Assembly: GCA_963796365.1 (NCBI GenBank)
Contig: CAWCLJ010000004.1
Span: 1,162,519 to 1,226,518 of the forward strand
DNA from: an uncultured Chloroflexia bacterium
GTDB taxonomy: Bacteria > Chloroflexota > Dehalococcoidia > Dehalococcoidales > RBG-16-60-22
Direction: 5' to 3'
DNA length: 64,000 nt
Below are positions 8,568 through 17,215 of this stretch, in pieces; the stretch's first letter is position 1; each line of letters opens with the position of its first letter. The translations under genes and the position numbers were made by a program. The notes under the pieces are model-generated. The model ran no database searches. It saw nothing but the letters and a program-made list of their open reading frames with translations, and was not told where the DNA came from.

Positions 8568-9644
8568 ATGCGCATAGGTATGATAGCTCCCCTGGAAATG
8601 CGTGTCCCCCCGGTGGCTTACGGCGGCACGGAACTGCTGGTAAGCCTGCTCACGGAAGAGCTGGTGAGGCTGGGGCATAACGTCACCCTTTACGCCAGCG
8701 GGGATTCAGTGACCAATGCCAGGCTGGTATCCTGCTGCTCCACATTTTTAAGAGGGTCGCCCAAAGATAAGTGGGTCTATAACCTGCGCAACGTGGCGGC
8801 CTGCCTGGAAAACGCCGGGAGCTTCGATATTATCCACAACCATACGTTTACCGAGGGGCTTTCCATGGCGGGGTTGAGCAAGACGCCCGTCCTCACCACG
8901 CTGCACGGCATCCTCGAGACGGAATGGAAAGAGCTTTTCCTGGCTTATAAAGGCTGGTACAACACCATCAGTTTTTCCGCCAAGGAATTACTGCCGGCGA
9001 AAGACCGTTTTGCCGGGGTCATCTATAACGCCATCGACGTGGACTCCTATCCTTTTAAAGCGGCCGCCGGAGAGGACTACATGCTGTTTTTAAGCCGCAT
9101 CAGCCATGAAAAAGGGCCGGACATCGCCATCGAGGTGGCAAAAAGGATGGGGAGGAAGCTCATCATCGCCGGGAACATAGATACCAGAGATGTGCCTTTC
9201 TGGGAAGAAGAAATCAAGCCTGAAATCGATAACGACCTGATTACATACATCGGGGAAGCCGATTATAAGACGAAAAGAAAGCTGATGTCCGGGGCTTACT
9301 GCCTGCTGGCGCCCATCACCTGGAACGAGCCTTTCGGCCTTTTTATGGTAGAGGCGATGGCCTGCGGCACGCCGGTAATCGTTTTCAACCGGGGTTCGGC
9401 GCCGGAAATCGTCATCGACGGCCAGACGGGCTTTGTCGTGGACACGATAGACGATATGGTAAAAGCGGTGAAAAACGCCGGCAAAATAGATAGGGCGCGC
9501 TGCCGCCGGCACGTCAAATTCAACTTCGATGTACGGCGACTGGGGCAGGCCTATCTGGACGCCTACCGCCTGATACTGGAAGAAACTCACGGCAACGGCC
9601 GAAAAGGCTCCATGGAAACAAGGGAACAGTACTCTAATTACTAA
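8568..9644 (+). CDS. glycosyltransferase family 4
   Basis: 'PPVAYGGTELLVSLLTEEL' N-terminus and the E-x7-E region 'EPFGLFMVEAMACGTPVI'. Confidence 0.85.
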   Translation: MRIGMIAPLEMRVPPVAYGGTELLVSLLTEELVRLGHNVTLYASGDSVTNARLVSCCSTFLRGSPKDKWVYNLRNVAACLENAGSFDIIHNHTFTEGLSMAGLSKTPVLTTLHGILETEWKELFLAYKGWYNTISFSAKELLPAKDRFAGVIYNAIDVDSYPFKAAAGEDYMLFLSRISHEKGPDIAIEVAKRMGRKLIIAGNIDTRDVPFWEEEIKPEIDNDLITYIGEADYKTKRKLMSGAYCLLAPITWNEPFGLFMVEAMACGTPVIVFNRGSAPEIVIDGQTGFVVDTIDDMVKAVKNAGKIDRARCRRHVKFNFDVRRLGQAYLDAYRLILEETHGNGRKGSMETREQYSNY

Positions 9645-9871
9645 CATCAATTGGCAGGGGGTAAGTATCAATTGCCAAGTATCAAGTATCAAGGAAGTGA
9701 TAAGTGATAATCGTTAAATGATTAACCCCCTCCCCGAACCGATATCCTTCGCCAGGCTCAGGATGACAAAGGAGGGGAAGATTGATTATAAACAGAGATA
9801 CATGAGTTTGGCCAGTCATCCTCTCCCTTTGGTAAAGGGAGAGTAAGAGAAGGATTTTGAGTAAAAAATAA

Positions 9872-11947
9872 ATGGACCATCACCCTCAAGAAGAAAAGTC
9901 AGCCGCCAGCTTTGCATTTATACCCGCCATAGTTTCCATGGGGTCCGCCCGGGTTTCCTGCGGCACCCGCTTTATCGTCTCCGCCGATAACGGGGACATC
10001 GTTCCCCGGGAGCGCCACCAGGGTTTTTACGCGCATGATACGCGATTTCTTTCCCAGTTCACCGTTACCGTTAACGGAAAAAGGCTGAACAACGTCGGCC
10101 GTGCCACCTTCGAAGACCGGCTGGCGAGCTTTTACTGCACGGTCGGGCAGATGAGCATCGTGCGGGACCGGAACGTCTCCCAGGTTTTCCATGAGGACAT
10201 CAGCATTACCAATAACGGGATTCACCCGGTAAACGTAAACCTGGAGATTGCGCTGGGGGCGGACTTCGCCGATGTGTTCGAGGTGCGGCGTGGCACGGTA
10301 CATAAAGCCGGTAATATTACGCTGGAACAGTCCGGGCCGGAAGGGCTGACCCTTGCTTACCGGAGGGGAAATTATTTAAGGGAGACCAGAATCCGGTTCA
10401 ACACGCCGGTAGAGATGAAGGGCAACGTGGCCCATTTTGAATTTCAATTAATGCCGAAAGACATCTGGCGGACGTGCATCGATATCAGCCCGGTGATGAA
10501 CAGTCACGAACACCAGGCATCAGCGTGTGTCAGCGAGATACTGGGCAAGCCCTTCGGCAACTACCAGGACAAGACCTATCTGGGTTTCTTCCAGGAGGTC
10601 GAGACGGGGATGCCGCTGGAAAAAGTGCCTTCCATCAAGACCGATAACCCGGACCTGGCGCAGGCTTATCACCGGGCCGTGGGCGACCTGCGGGCGCTGC
10701 GCCTGCCGCAGCGAAACGGGTATTATGTGCTGGCGGCCGGTCTCCCCTGGTTCATGGCATTATTCGGGCGGGACTCCATCATCAGCGCCATGCAGACCAA
10801 GATACTCGGGCCGGAACTGATGGTCGGCACGCTGCATACACTTGCGAGTTTGCAAGCCACCGGGTTCGATAAATTCCGCGAGGCGGAGCCGGGCAAAATC
10901 ATCCATGAAATAAGGCGGGGGGAGCTTTCGCTCTTCGGGAATGTGCCGCATACCCGGTATTACGGCAGCGTGGACGCCACGCCGCTCTTTATCATGCTCT
11001 TATGGGAAGCCTACCGCTGGACCGGCGACGTTAAAATACTGGAAGACATGCTGCCTTACGCCGAACTGGCGATGGGCTGGATCGAAAAATACGGGGACGT
11101 GGATGAAGACGGCTTTACGGAGTACCGGCGGCGCATCAGCAAGGGGCTGATCAACCAGGGGTGGAAGGACTCTTACGACTCAATATCCTTTAACGACGGC
11201 ACCCTGGCGCGCGGGCCGATAGCTTTATGCGAGGAGCAGGGGTATGTTTATGCCGCCAGGAAAAGCCTGGCATCCGCCAATGAAGTCCTCGGCAACTTTA
11301 AACGCGCCGATGAGCTATTAAGCGGCGCCGAAAAATTAAAAAAACAGTTCAACCAGGCTTTCTGGATGCCGGAACATGATTATTACGCCATCGCGCTGGA
11401 CGGGAAAAAGCAACTGGTCGATGCCATTTCTTCCAACCCGGGGCACTGCCTCTGGACGGGCATCGCGGACGATGACAAGGTGGCAAAAGTGGCGCAGCGG
11501 CTGACAGCCCCGGACATGTTCGCGGGGTGGGGCGTGCGGACGCTTTCTTCCGAGGCGAAGCGGTACAATCCTCTTTCCTATCATAACGGCAGCATCTGGC
11601 CCCATGATAATTCCATCATCGCGGCGGGCTTAAGGCGATACGGGTTTTACCAGGAAGCGGCCAAAATAGCCATGGCTGTCATCGAGGCAACGGCCGTTTT
11701 ACCGTCCCACCGCCTCCCGGAACTGTATGCCGGCTATACGCGGCGCGCCTATTCTTTTCCCGTCCCTTATCCCGCCGCCAACTCCCCGCAGGCATGGGCA
11801 TCCGGCTCGGTCATTTATTTCATGGAGACGCTGCTGGAGATAACGCCGGAAAACGAGCAGCTTGTTTCCGGCCCGCTGGTAAAAGCCAACCCGATGTTTA
11901 TTTTAAACGGGGTGCGCTACAAGGATAAAAAGCAGGCACTGCCGTGA
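9872..11947 (+). CDS. amylo-alpha-1,6-glucosidase / glycogen-debranching-like (GDE_N_bis + GDE_C) protein
   Basis: 691 aa. N-terminal 'GFYAHDTRFLS' and C-terminal (alpha/alpha)6-type blocks 'GLPWFMALFGRDS', 'GWKDSYDS', 'YHNGSIWPHDN'. Confidence 0.8.
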   Translation: MDHHPQEEKSAASFAFIPAIVSMGSARVSCGTRFIVSADNGDIVPRERHQGFYAHDTRFLSQFTVTVNGKRLNNVGRATFEDRLASFYCTVGQMSIVRDRNVSQVFHEDISITNNGIHPVNVNLEIALGADFADVFEVRRGTVHKAGNITLEQSGPEGLTLAYRRGNYLRETRIRFNTPVEMKGNVAHFEFQLMPKDIWRTCIDISPVMNSHEHQASACVSEILGKPFGNYQDKTYLGFFQEVETGMPLEKVPSIKTDNPDLAQAYHRAVGDLRALRLPQRNGYYVLAAGLPWFMALFGRDSIISAMQTKILGPELMVGTLHTLASLQATGFDKFREAEPGKIIHEIRRGELSLFGNVPHTRYYGSVDATPLFIMLLWEAYRWTGDVKILEDMLPYAELAMGWIEKYGDVDEDGFTEYRRRISKGLINQGWKDSYDSISFNDGTLARGPIALCEEQGYVYAARKSLASANEVLGNFKRADELLSGAEKLKKQFNQAFWMPEHDYYAIALDGKKQLVDAISSNPGHCLWTGIADDDKVAKVAQRLTAPDMFAGWGVRTLSSEAKRYNPLSYHNGSIWPHDNSIIAAGLRRYGFYQEAAKIAMAVIEATAVLPSHRLPELYAGYTRRAYSFPVPYPAANSPQAWASGSVIYFMETLLEITPENEQLVSGPLVKANPMFILNGVRYKDKKQALP

Positions 11948-12078
11948 TAGGGGATAGAGAATAGGGAATAGTGAATAGGGAATAGGGAATAGGGAAAAGT
12001 TAAAACTCTAAATCTTAAACCCTAAATCCTAAACAAATTCTAATAACCAAATACCAAAACACCAAACTCGTCTTCTTA

Positions 12079-12185
12079 ACCATTCCGTACTTGATACGGA
12101 ATCCAGTGATTCCAAAAGTGCTGGATTTACCCAGTAAATGGTACCACCTTGGAAATATCTGGATTCCGATTTGCATCGGTATGGG
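12079..12185 (+). repeat. dispersed ~105-nt multi-hairpin element, copy B1
   Basis: Aligns by eye over ~105 nt with 39802-39910. Begins ACCATTCCGTAC..GATACGGAATCCAGTG. Confidence 0.75.
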
Positions 12186-12498
12186 ATTGATGGGTAAAAG
12201 AAGGGGGTAAGAGGTTTTACCCGCCCAACATGACTGTTGGATTCCTACCTGCGCAAGAATGACGATTGGGGACAGTTTGGTTATTGGCGCTTGTTTCTTG
12301 GTTATTGATTATTCCTCCCTTGTTTTGATATTCGTGCTTACTTACCCTTTATTCTATATCCCCGGACGCCGGAGACTTTCCCGGATTGTTTGAGACGCTT
12401 TATAAGCCCTTTCCGGACGCTTCAGCCGTAGATTCCGAACAAATATGAGTTTACGTAGTACTTTCGGTTATTGTAAAGGTGATAACCAAAGCATTATA

Positions 12499-12900
12499 AT
12501 GCACAAGATGGAAAATAAACCGATGGTGCTGCTGGTGGATGACGAGCCCGGTATTTTAAGGATATTGGCTATCCAGCTAAAACACAGCGGCTTTGAAACA
12601 ATCGGCACGACGAGCGGGGCCGAGGCGGTGGAACTGGTGCGGTCAAAAAACCCGGACGCCGTTTTGCTGGACGTCTTAATGCCGGGCATGAGCGGGCTGG
12701 AAGTGCTGCAGTGCATCAGGGAATTTTCCACGGTGCCGGTGGCCATCTTTACCGCCAACCCGAAGATTATCGAAATCGCTAACCAGATGGGAGTCAGCGA
12801 TTGCATTCCCAAGCCGTATGACCCGGACAGGCTGGTGGAAAAATTACGGGCGGTTATCGAGAACTACAAAAAGGAAACCGCAGGGGGAAATAACAACTAA
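12499..12900 (+). CDS. single-domain response regulator (CheY-like receiver)
   Basis: 'VLLVDDEPGIL', 'DAVLLDVLMPGMSG' and 'KP' motifs. The ORF opens at 12445, but ATG 12499 or 12508 is the more plausible start. Confidence 0.8.
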   Translation: MHKMENKPMVLLVDDEPGILRILAIQLKHSGFETIGTTSGAEAVELVRSKNPDAVLLDVLMPGMSGLEVLQCIREFSTVPVAIFTANPKIIEIANQMGVSDCIPKPYDPDRLVEKLRAVIENYKKETAGGNNN

Positions 12901-12925
12901 AGTTTAAACCTTAAATAACAGGAAT

Positions 12926-13339
12926 TTAGTCCGATTGCAGGTGTTTTTCCGTGATTTTGGGGCTTAAATAAATATTTCCCGACCCTACCTGCCGGATGGC
13001 CTCGACCAGGTCATCGATGCCGGAACCTTTCAGGACATAGCCCATGGCGCCTTCCTGCATGGACCGGGCGATATATCCGGCGTCATTATACATGGTCAGG
13101 ATAATGGTTTTAGTCTCCGGGGAGACTTTTTTTACTTCCCGCGTGACATCAATGCCGGTGAGGCCGTTCATCATCAGGTCGGAAACCACGATATCCGGTT
13201 TAAACTTTCCGGCGGCGGCTATTCCCTCCACCCCGTTGGCCCCTTCCCCGACGACTTTTAAATCAGGTTCATCCTCCAGCAGGCGGGCGATGCCGCTGCG
13301 GACGATTTTATGGTCGTCCACCAGAACGATGGTAATCAT
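12926..13339 (-). CDS. NarL/FixJ-type receiver domain protein lacking the HTH output domain
   Basis: 'IVLVDDHKIVR', 'DIVVSDLMMNGLTG', 'ILTMY' and 'GYVLKG'. It ends after the linker. Its start overlaps the kinase stop by 4 nt. Confidence 0.8.
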   Translation of the reverse strand: MITIVLVDDHKIVRSGIARLLEDEPDLKVVGEGANGVEGIAAAGKFKPDIVVSDLMMNGLTGIDVTREVKKVSPETKTIILTMYNDAGYIARSMQEGAMGYVLKGSGIDDLVEAIRQVGSGNIYLSPKITEKHLQSD

Positions 13340-14544
13340 GATTGCTTCCTTTCAGATAAGGGAATCAGGGCGTTGATATGCGTACCTTTCCCGGGGATTG
13401 ATTCGATGTTGAATTCACCGCCAAGCGCCAGCGCCCGCTCCCGCATGCCGGTAAGGCCGGTGGTCTTTTTCATCCGTTCCGGTTCGAAGCCGACTCCGTT
13501 ATCCTCCACATCGATGCGGATGGCATTCTGCAGCCGGGAAAGGTGCACTTTTACTTCCATAGCTTTAGCATGGCGGATGATATTGGTCAGCGATTCCTGC
13601 ACAATACGGTAACAGGCCAAAGCCGCTTCTTCAGGAATATCACTGCTGATTTCACCGCTGAAACGGACATCCACCTTGACCCTGGTGCGGCGGGTAAAAT
13701 CATCCACCAGGGAGCCCACGGCGTGACCCAGCCCGGCACTGCGTAAAAGGTTGGGCGAAAGCATCGAAGAAAGGTCGCGTATCCTGGATATAGCTTCCTG
13801 TACCGTCGTTTTGGCTTCCTCAAGAATTTTCGCATCGGGTTTGCGGGTTGCCTTATCGATGAGCAGGGTAGCATAGGTCAATAACTGGCCTATCTCATCG
13901 TGGAGGGAGATGCCAATGACGGCCCGTTCCTGTTCCTGGGCATCCACCAAACGGTGGGCAAGGTCACGCAGCTCCCGGGTCCGTTCAGCGACGAGTTGTT
14001 CAAGGTGGTCGCGATGGCGTGTTAATTCCTCTTCAGCCCTTTTGCGCATCAATACTTCTATAATTGCGGGCGCCAGGGCCTCGGCGATGCGGACTTCTTC
14101 AGACCGGTAGCCGCCTTCCCGGTTGGCCAGGGCCAGTATGCCGATGGTTTTACCCTGATAGTTAAGCGGTACTCCTAAAAAATTATTTAGTCTGGGATGC
14201 CCGGGCGGGGTACCGTCACTATGGGGGTGATGTTCCGGGTCGTTAGCTACAAGGCTTTTACCTTCTTCAAGAACACGTCCGTAAAGTCCCTTGACGGGCA
14301 GATTATTCGGAAGTTTTCCATGGCCGGAAAGGACAGATAATAAACAATCATCATATGAAATATGATTTAAAGCAAGGTCATCCAGCCTGCCTTCAGGTTT
14401 TATCTCCCCGATAAAACCGAACTTGCTCCCGGTTAATTCTTCGGTGACCGATAAACAAACCGCCCCGAGCTGCTCCATGGTATCGGTGACCATATATTCA
14501 TGGAAAATACGGTTAATACCCTGTACAAGCTTACTCGTCGGCAT
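13336..14544 (-). CDS. GAF-domain sensor histidine kinase (HisKA_3 / HATPase_c)
   Basis: N-terminal GAF-like region, H-box 'SLHDEIGQLLT', 'NIIRHA' and G-box 'DNGVGF'. Confidence 0.85.
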   Translation of the reverse strand: MPTSKLVQGINRIFHEYMVTDTMEQLGAVCLSVTEELTGSKFGFIGEIKPEGRLDDLALNHISYDDCLLSVLSGHGKLPNNLPVKGLYGRVLEEGKSLVANDPEHHPHSDGTPPGHPRLNNFLGVPLNYQGKTIGILALANREGGYRSEEVRIAEALAPAIIEVLMRKRAEEELTRHRDHLEQLVAERTRELRDLAHRLVDAQEQERAVIGISLHDEIGQLLTYATLLIDKATRKPDAKILEEAKTTVQEAISRIRDLSSMLSPNLLRSAGLGHAVGSLVDDFTRRTRVKVDVRFSGEISSDIPEEAALACYRIVQESLTNIIRHAKAMEVKVHLSRLQNAIRIDVEDNGVGFEPERMKKTTGLTGMRERALALGGEFNIESIPGKGTHINALIPLSERKQS

Positions 14545-14917
14545 GGCTGGCTCGCTGTGTTTTTACCATTATCTTTTTCTCCAGCTTACCAAGATGTTCC
14601 ATGTTCCGCATGCTTATCAAAGTAGCGACGCCGGGGCCCTTACGGTCTGCCTTTCTTCCAGTGGTCTGCCCATATCCTCCATTAAACTAAACCCCGATGA
14701 TCTCCCCCAAACGGTTTTTTTTAATCAGGCGACGTAATTTTTAATGCATGCATTTAAAATGTTTACTTCTTTGATATATTGCACACACAAACCATTTTAG
14801 TGATATCTAAAAATAGCGTCAAAAACTCCCACGAATAAGGAAGTTACGTTTCTATGACAAATCATGAGTAAAATATTACATTTTTATAACATGAGCATGA
14901 TTATCCTAGCTGAAACT

Positions 14918-15069
14918 TCATGCCACGGGTGTGCAGGCCCGGCCGGCGGCGTAATTTTCAATGCTTTTAACGGTGGTATCCAGGATTCTTTCCAACGCCT
15001 CCCGGCTGTCAAAACCGATATGCGGCGTATAAACCACGTTCTGGCGCCGCAGCAGAATTTCATTTTTGG
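14918..15069 (-). pseudogene. D-isomer-specific 2-hydroxyacid dehydrogenase, C-terminal ~50-codon remnant
   Basis: 'NVVYTPHIGFDSREALERILDTTVKSIENYAAG' is the conserved C-terminus of this family. Everything upstream is replaced by the rubredoxin gene in another frame. Confidence 0.55.
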
Positions 15070-15255
15070 CTAATGTTTTTCCGCGGCACCGGGCATTTTC
15101 TCGAACTGGTCTTTGCGCACGCCGCAGAGCGGACAAACCCAGTCATCCGGTATATCTTCAAAAGCCGTCCCCGGCGCGATACCGCCCTCCGGGTCGCCTT
15201 TATCCGGGTCGTAAATCCAGCCGCAAACGATACAAACCCATTTATCCATCGTCAT
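15070..15255 (-). CDS. rubredoxin
   Basis: '[12 protein letters not shown]' and 'DWVCPLCGV' (two CxxC pairs). Start MTMDKW at 15255. Confidence 0.9.
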   Translation of the reverse strand: MTMDKWVCIVCGWIYDPDKGDPEGGIAPGTAFEDIPDDWVCPLCGVRKDQFEKMPGAAEKH

Positions 15256-15262
15256 GTTCCTT

Positions 15263-15441
15263 TCAGGCAAGGTCTTTCTTCATCCGGCCGTATCGTTCTT
15301 TGGTAATTTCACCGCGGGCGTAGCGTTCTTTAGCGATATCGAAGGCCGGCCGGCCGTTATAGGCGAAGCATGATGGCGTTTACCGGAAGACGCGATAATC
15401 CAGACAATCGGAATTACCAGCAGTATCGGCAATAAAAACAT
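15263..15441 (-). pseudogene. small membrane SHOCT-domain protein, frameshifted
   Basis: GGAGG-ATG at 15441 gives 'MFLLPILLVIPIVWIIASSGKRHH..'. The SHOCT motif '[26 protein letters not shown]' continues in another frame after the GGCCGGCCGGCC run (~15344-15356). Confidence 0.65.
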
Positions 15442-15732
15442 ATTTATCACCTCCGGAGGAATTCTTATATGATTCTTATTTGGCGTAAATGAAGAAACCA
15501 TAAGTAATCATACTTATATTAGAATCATTATTTTCTTAAAGAGAAAGACATATGTCACAATTATTGTTTTTCAATCATTGTTGGTCACTAATAACTCAAT
15601 CACTTGATTTATTTGATATAATAGAAGCATTGGCTTAGAGTAACTTCACCTATAAAAAGAAAAGAATTGATTAAGGAACCTCTGAAAAAGTTCCAGTCAG
15701 CCCCCTAAATCCCCCAATCTTGGGGGACTTTT

Positions 15733-15782
15733 GAGTCTGGGGGACACCCCCAGACCCCCGCCAGAGGGTTCTCTGGACTCCT
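15733..15782 (-). repeat. family-A triple-hairpin element, short copy A1
   Basis: The reverse complement reads GGAGTCCAGAGAACCCTCTGGCGGGGGTCTGGGGGTGTCCCCCAGACTC and is shared with the copies at 18694, 43824, 49661 and 57051. Confidence 0.75.
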
Positions 15783-15789
15783 TTTTCAG

Positions 15790-15957
15790 AGCATTCTTAA
15801 ATATTTAGGCCAAAAGTGCGTGTATTTGATAAGAGAAGGCAGCAGACATAGCATTTTCGCAAAAGGGAAATTGAGGACGGAAATTCCAAGACACAATGAA
15901 ATAATCGATGAATTAGCGAAAAAGATTTGCCGGGACCTTGAAATTCCGTGTAAATAA
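15790..15957 (+). pseudogene. hicA: HicA-like toxin, N-terminally disrupted
   Basis: The frame ending at TAA 15955-15957 reads '..ILKYLGQKCVYLIREGSRHSIFAKGKLRTEIPRHNEIIDELAKKICRDLEIP'. There is no start codon, and the upstream part of the frame is the family-A repeat. Confidence 0.55.
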
Positions 15958-15971
15958 TAAGGAGCGTGTAA

Positions 15972-16163
15972 ATGGAATACAGGGCAGTAATAAAAAAAAG
16001 TGGAGACTGGTGGATAGGTTGGCTTGTTGATTTACCGGGTGTTAATGCTCAAGAAAAAAGCCGGGCAAAGTTAATAGAATCACTCAAAATTGGGGCTGAA
16101 GATATGTTGAGTTTACCGGTAGAACCTAAAGATGAGGAAGAACTGGTCAAGATAGAAGTTTAA
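15972..16163 (+). CDS. hicB: HicB-like antitoxin (UPF0150 type, no DNA-binding domain)
   Basis: 'MEYRAVIKKSGDWWIGWLVDLPGVNAQEKSRAKLIESLKIGAEDML'. It starts 14 nt after the hicA remnant, with GGAG upstream. Confidence 0.7.
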   Translation: MEYRAVIKKSGDWWIGWLVDLPGVNAQEKSRAKLIESLKIGAEDMLSLPVEPKDEEELVKIEV

Positions 16164-16377
16164 TATCAACAATCCTGATTAAATTCACATAATCCCCCGA
16201 ACTTCGGGGGATTTTTCTTTTGGTAAAGAATTATTCGAAATAAACCGGGGATGGAGGCCCTATAGGAAGAGTACTGTCTTTCCCACGAGACGATAAGGAA
16301 GATTGTATATAAGTAAGAAAAAAGAACCTCTCGGCTTTATACAAAGGGATTCTTATGTTTTGCTTTGTCTGCAATTA

Positions 16378-16605
16378 TTAGTCAGCCGGTTGAATTTCAA
16401 TAATTCTATTATGTTCGACGGTCAGGAAGTAATGCCGAGATTTACAGTTAAGGTCGAACGTTTCCGTTTTGAACATAAACCTTCTTTCTCTTGATGGATC
16501 TTCAGCAGTCACAAAGGTGAGTTCATACATTTTTTTAACTGCACCTATCACGGTGCTAGATATCAATAATCCGGTGACAATAGCCATAGTTATCTCCCTC
16601 CCCAC
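16378..16605 (-). CDS. small hypothetical protein with N-terminal TM segment
   Basis: 75-aa ORF in an AT-rich patch, overlapping the upstream HTH gene by 16 nt. No family recognised. Confidence 0.35.
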   Translation of the reverse strand: MGREITMAIVTGLLISSTVIGAVKKMYELTFVTAEDPSRERRFMFKTETFDLNCKSRHYFLTVEHNRIIEIQPAD

Positions 16606-16811
16606 TTATTATTTAGTTTCTTTGCCCCTGTATCATATTCGAAGGATAAAAAATCGGTTAGCTGAGATTGGCTTATACGCCATATCTTTTTCCCAAGGTG
16701 GTAACCTTGTAGTCTTCCAGAGTTTAACCAACGACGTACCGTAACTATGTTGACCTGCAATAGAGAAGAAATCTGTTCAGGAGTAAAAAATTTTTCCGGC
16801 TGACTAATCAT
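16590..16811 (-). CDS. excisionase/MerR-type helix-turn-helix DNA-binding protein
   Basis: 'FTPEQISSLLQVNIVTVRRWLNSGRLQGYHLGKKIWRISQSQLTDFL' matches the HTH_17/excisionase pattern. AT-rich. Confidence 0.65.
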   Translation of the reverse strand: MISQPEKFFTPEQISSLLQVNIVTVRRWLNSGRLQGYHLGKKIWRISQSQLTDFLSFEYDTGAKKLNNKWGGR

Positions 16812-16879
16812 AACAATAAATTACTATACCATACAATAAAGCATAAAACAATACTATTTCATAAATAAATCAGGTGATT

Positions 16880-17206
16880 CTAAATGGCGTGTACCAGGAA
16901 ACCAAAGCCGACCGCCAGTATCAAATAAGCTGCACTGCCGCTCAGGCTGGTCAGGACAAAAGCGCTTAAAGCTTTGCCGCGGGCCACGCCCAGCCGTTTG
17001 CTGTGTATCAGCATAAAAAAGCCGATGGAAATGCCCACGCCCACGAGGAACTGGATAATGAGCGCCGGAGCAACCCAGCCGGAGACGAAGAACAGCCAGA
17101 ACAAAGCGCCGGGGAAAACGGCAAAGACAAAGTTGATGCCGGGATAAATCAGCGATTCCCACCACCCCATTTTCCGGTTATTGGCTTTACCCAGGAAAAC
17201 CGGCAT
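16880..17206 (-). CDS. small integral membrane protein
   Basis: 108 aa with three or four hydrophobic segments, directly downstream of the exported protein gene. Confidence 0.5.
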   Translation of the reverse strand: MPVFLGKANNRKMGWWESLIYPGINFVFAVFPGALFWLFFVSGWVAPALIIQFLVGVGISIGFFMLIHSKRLGVARGKALSAFVLTSLSGSAAYLILAVGFGFLVHAI

Positions 17207-17215
17207 TAAATAGTG

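Noticed and set aside
12926-13339. The NarL-type receiver without an HTH, considered as a truncated pseudogene.
   Set aside because: The ORF ends cleanly after the linker, is translationally coupled to its kinase, and has no downstream HTH remnant in any frame. Stand-alone receivers are common, so I do not call it decayed.
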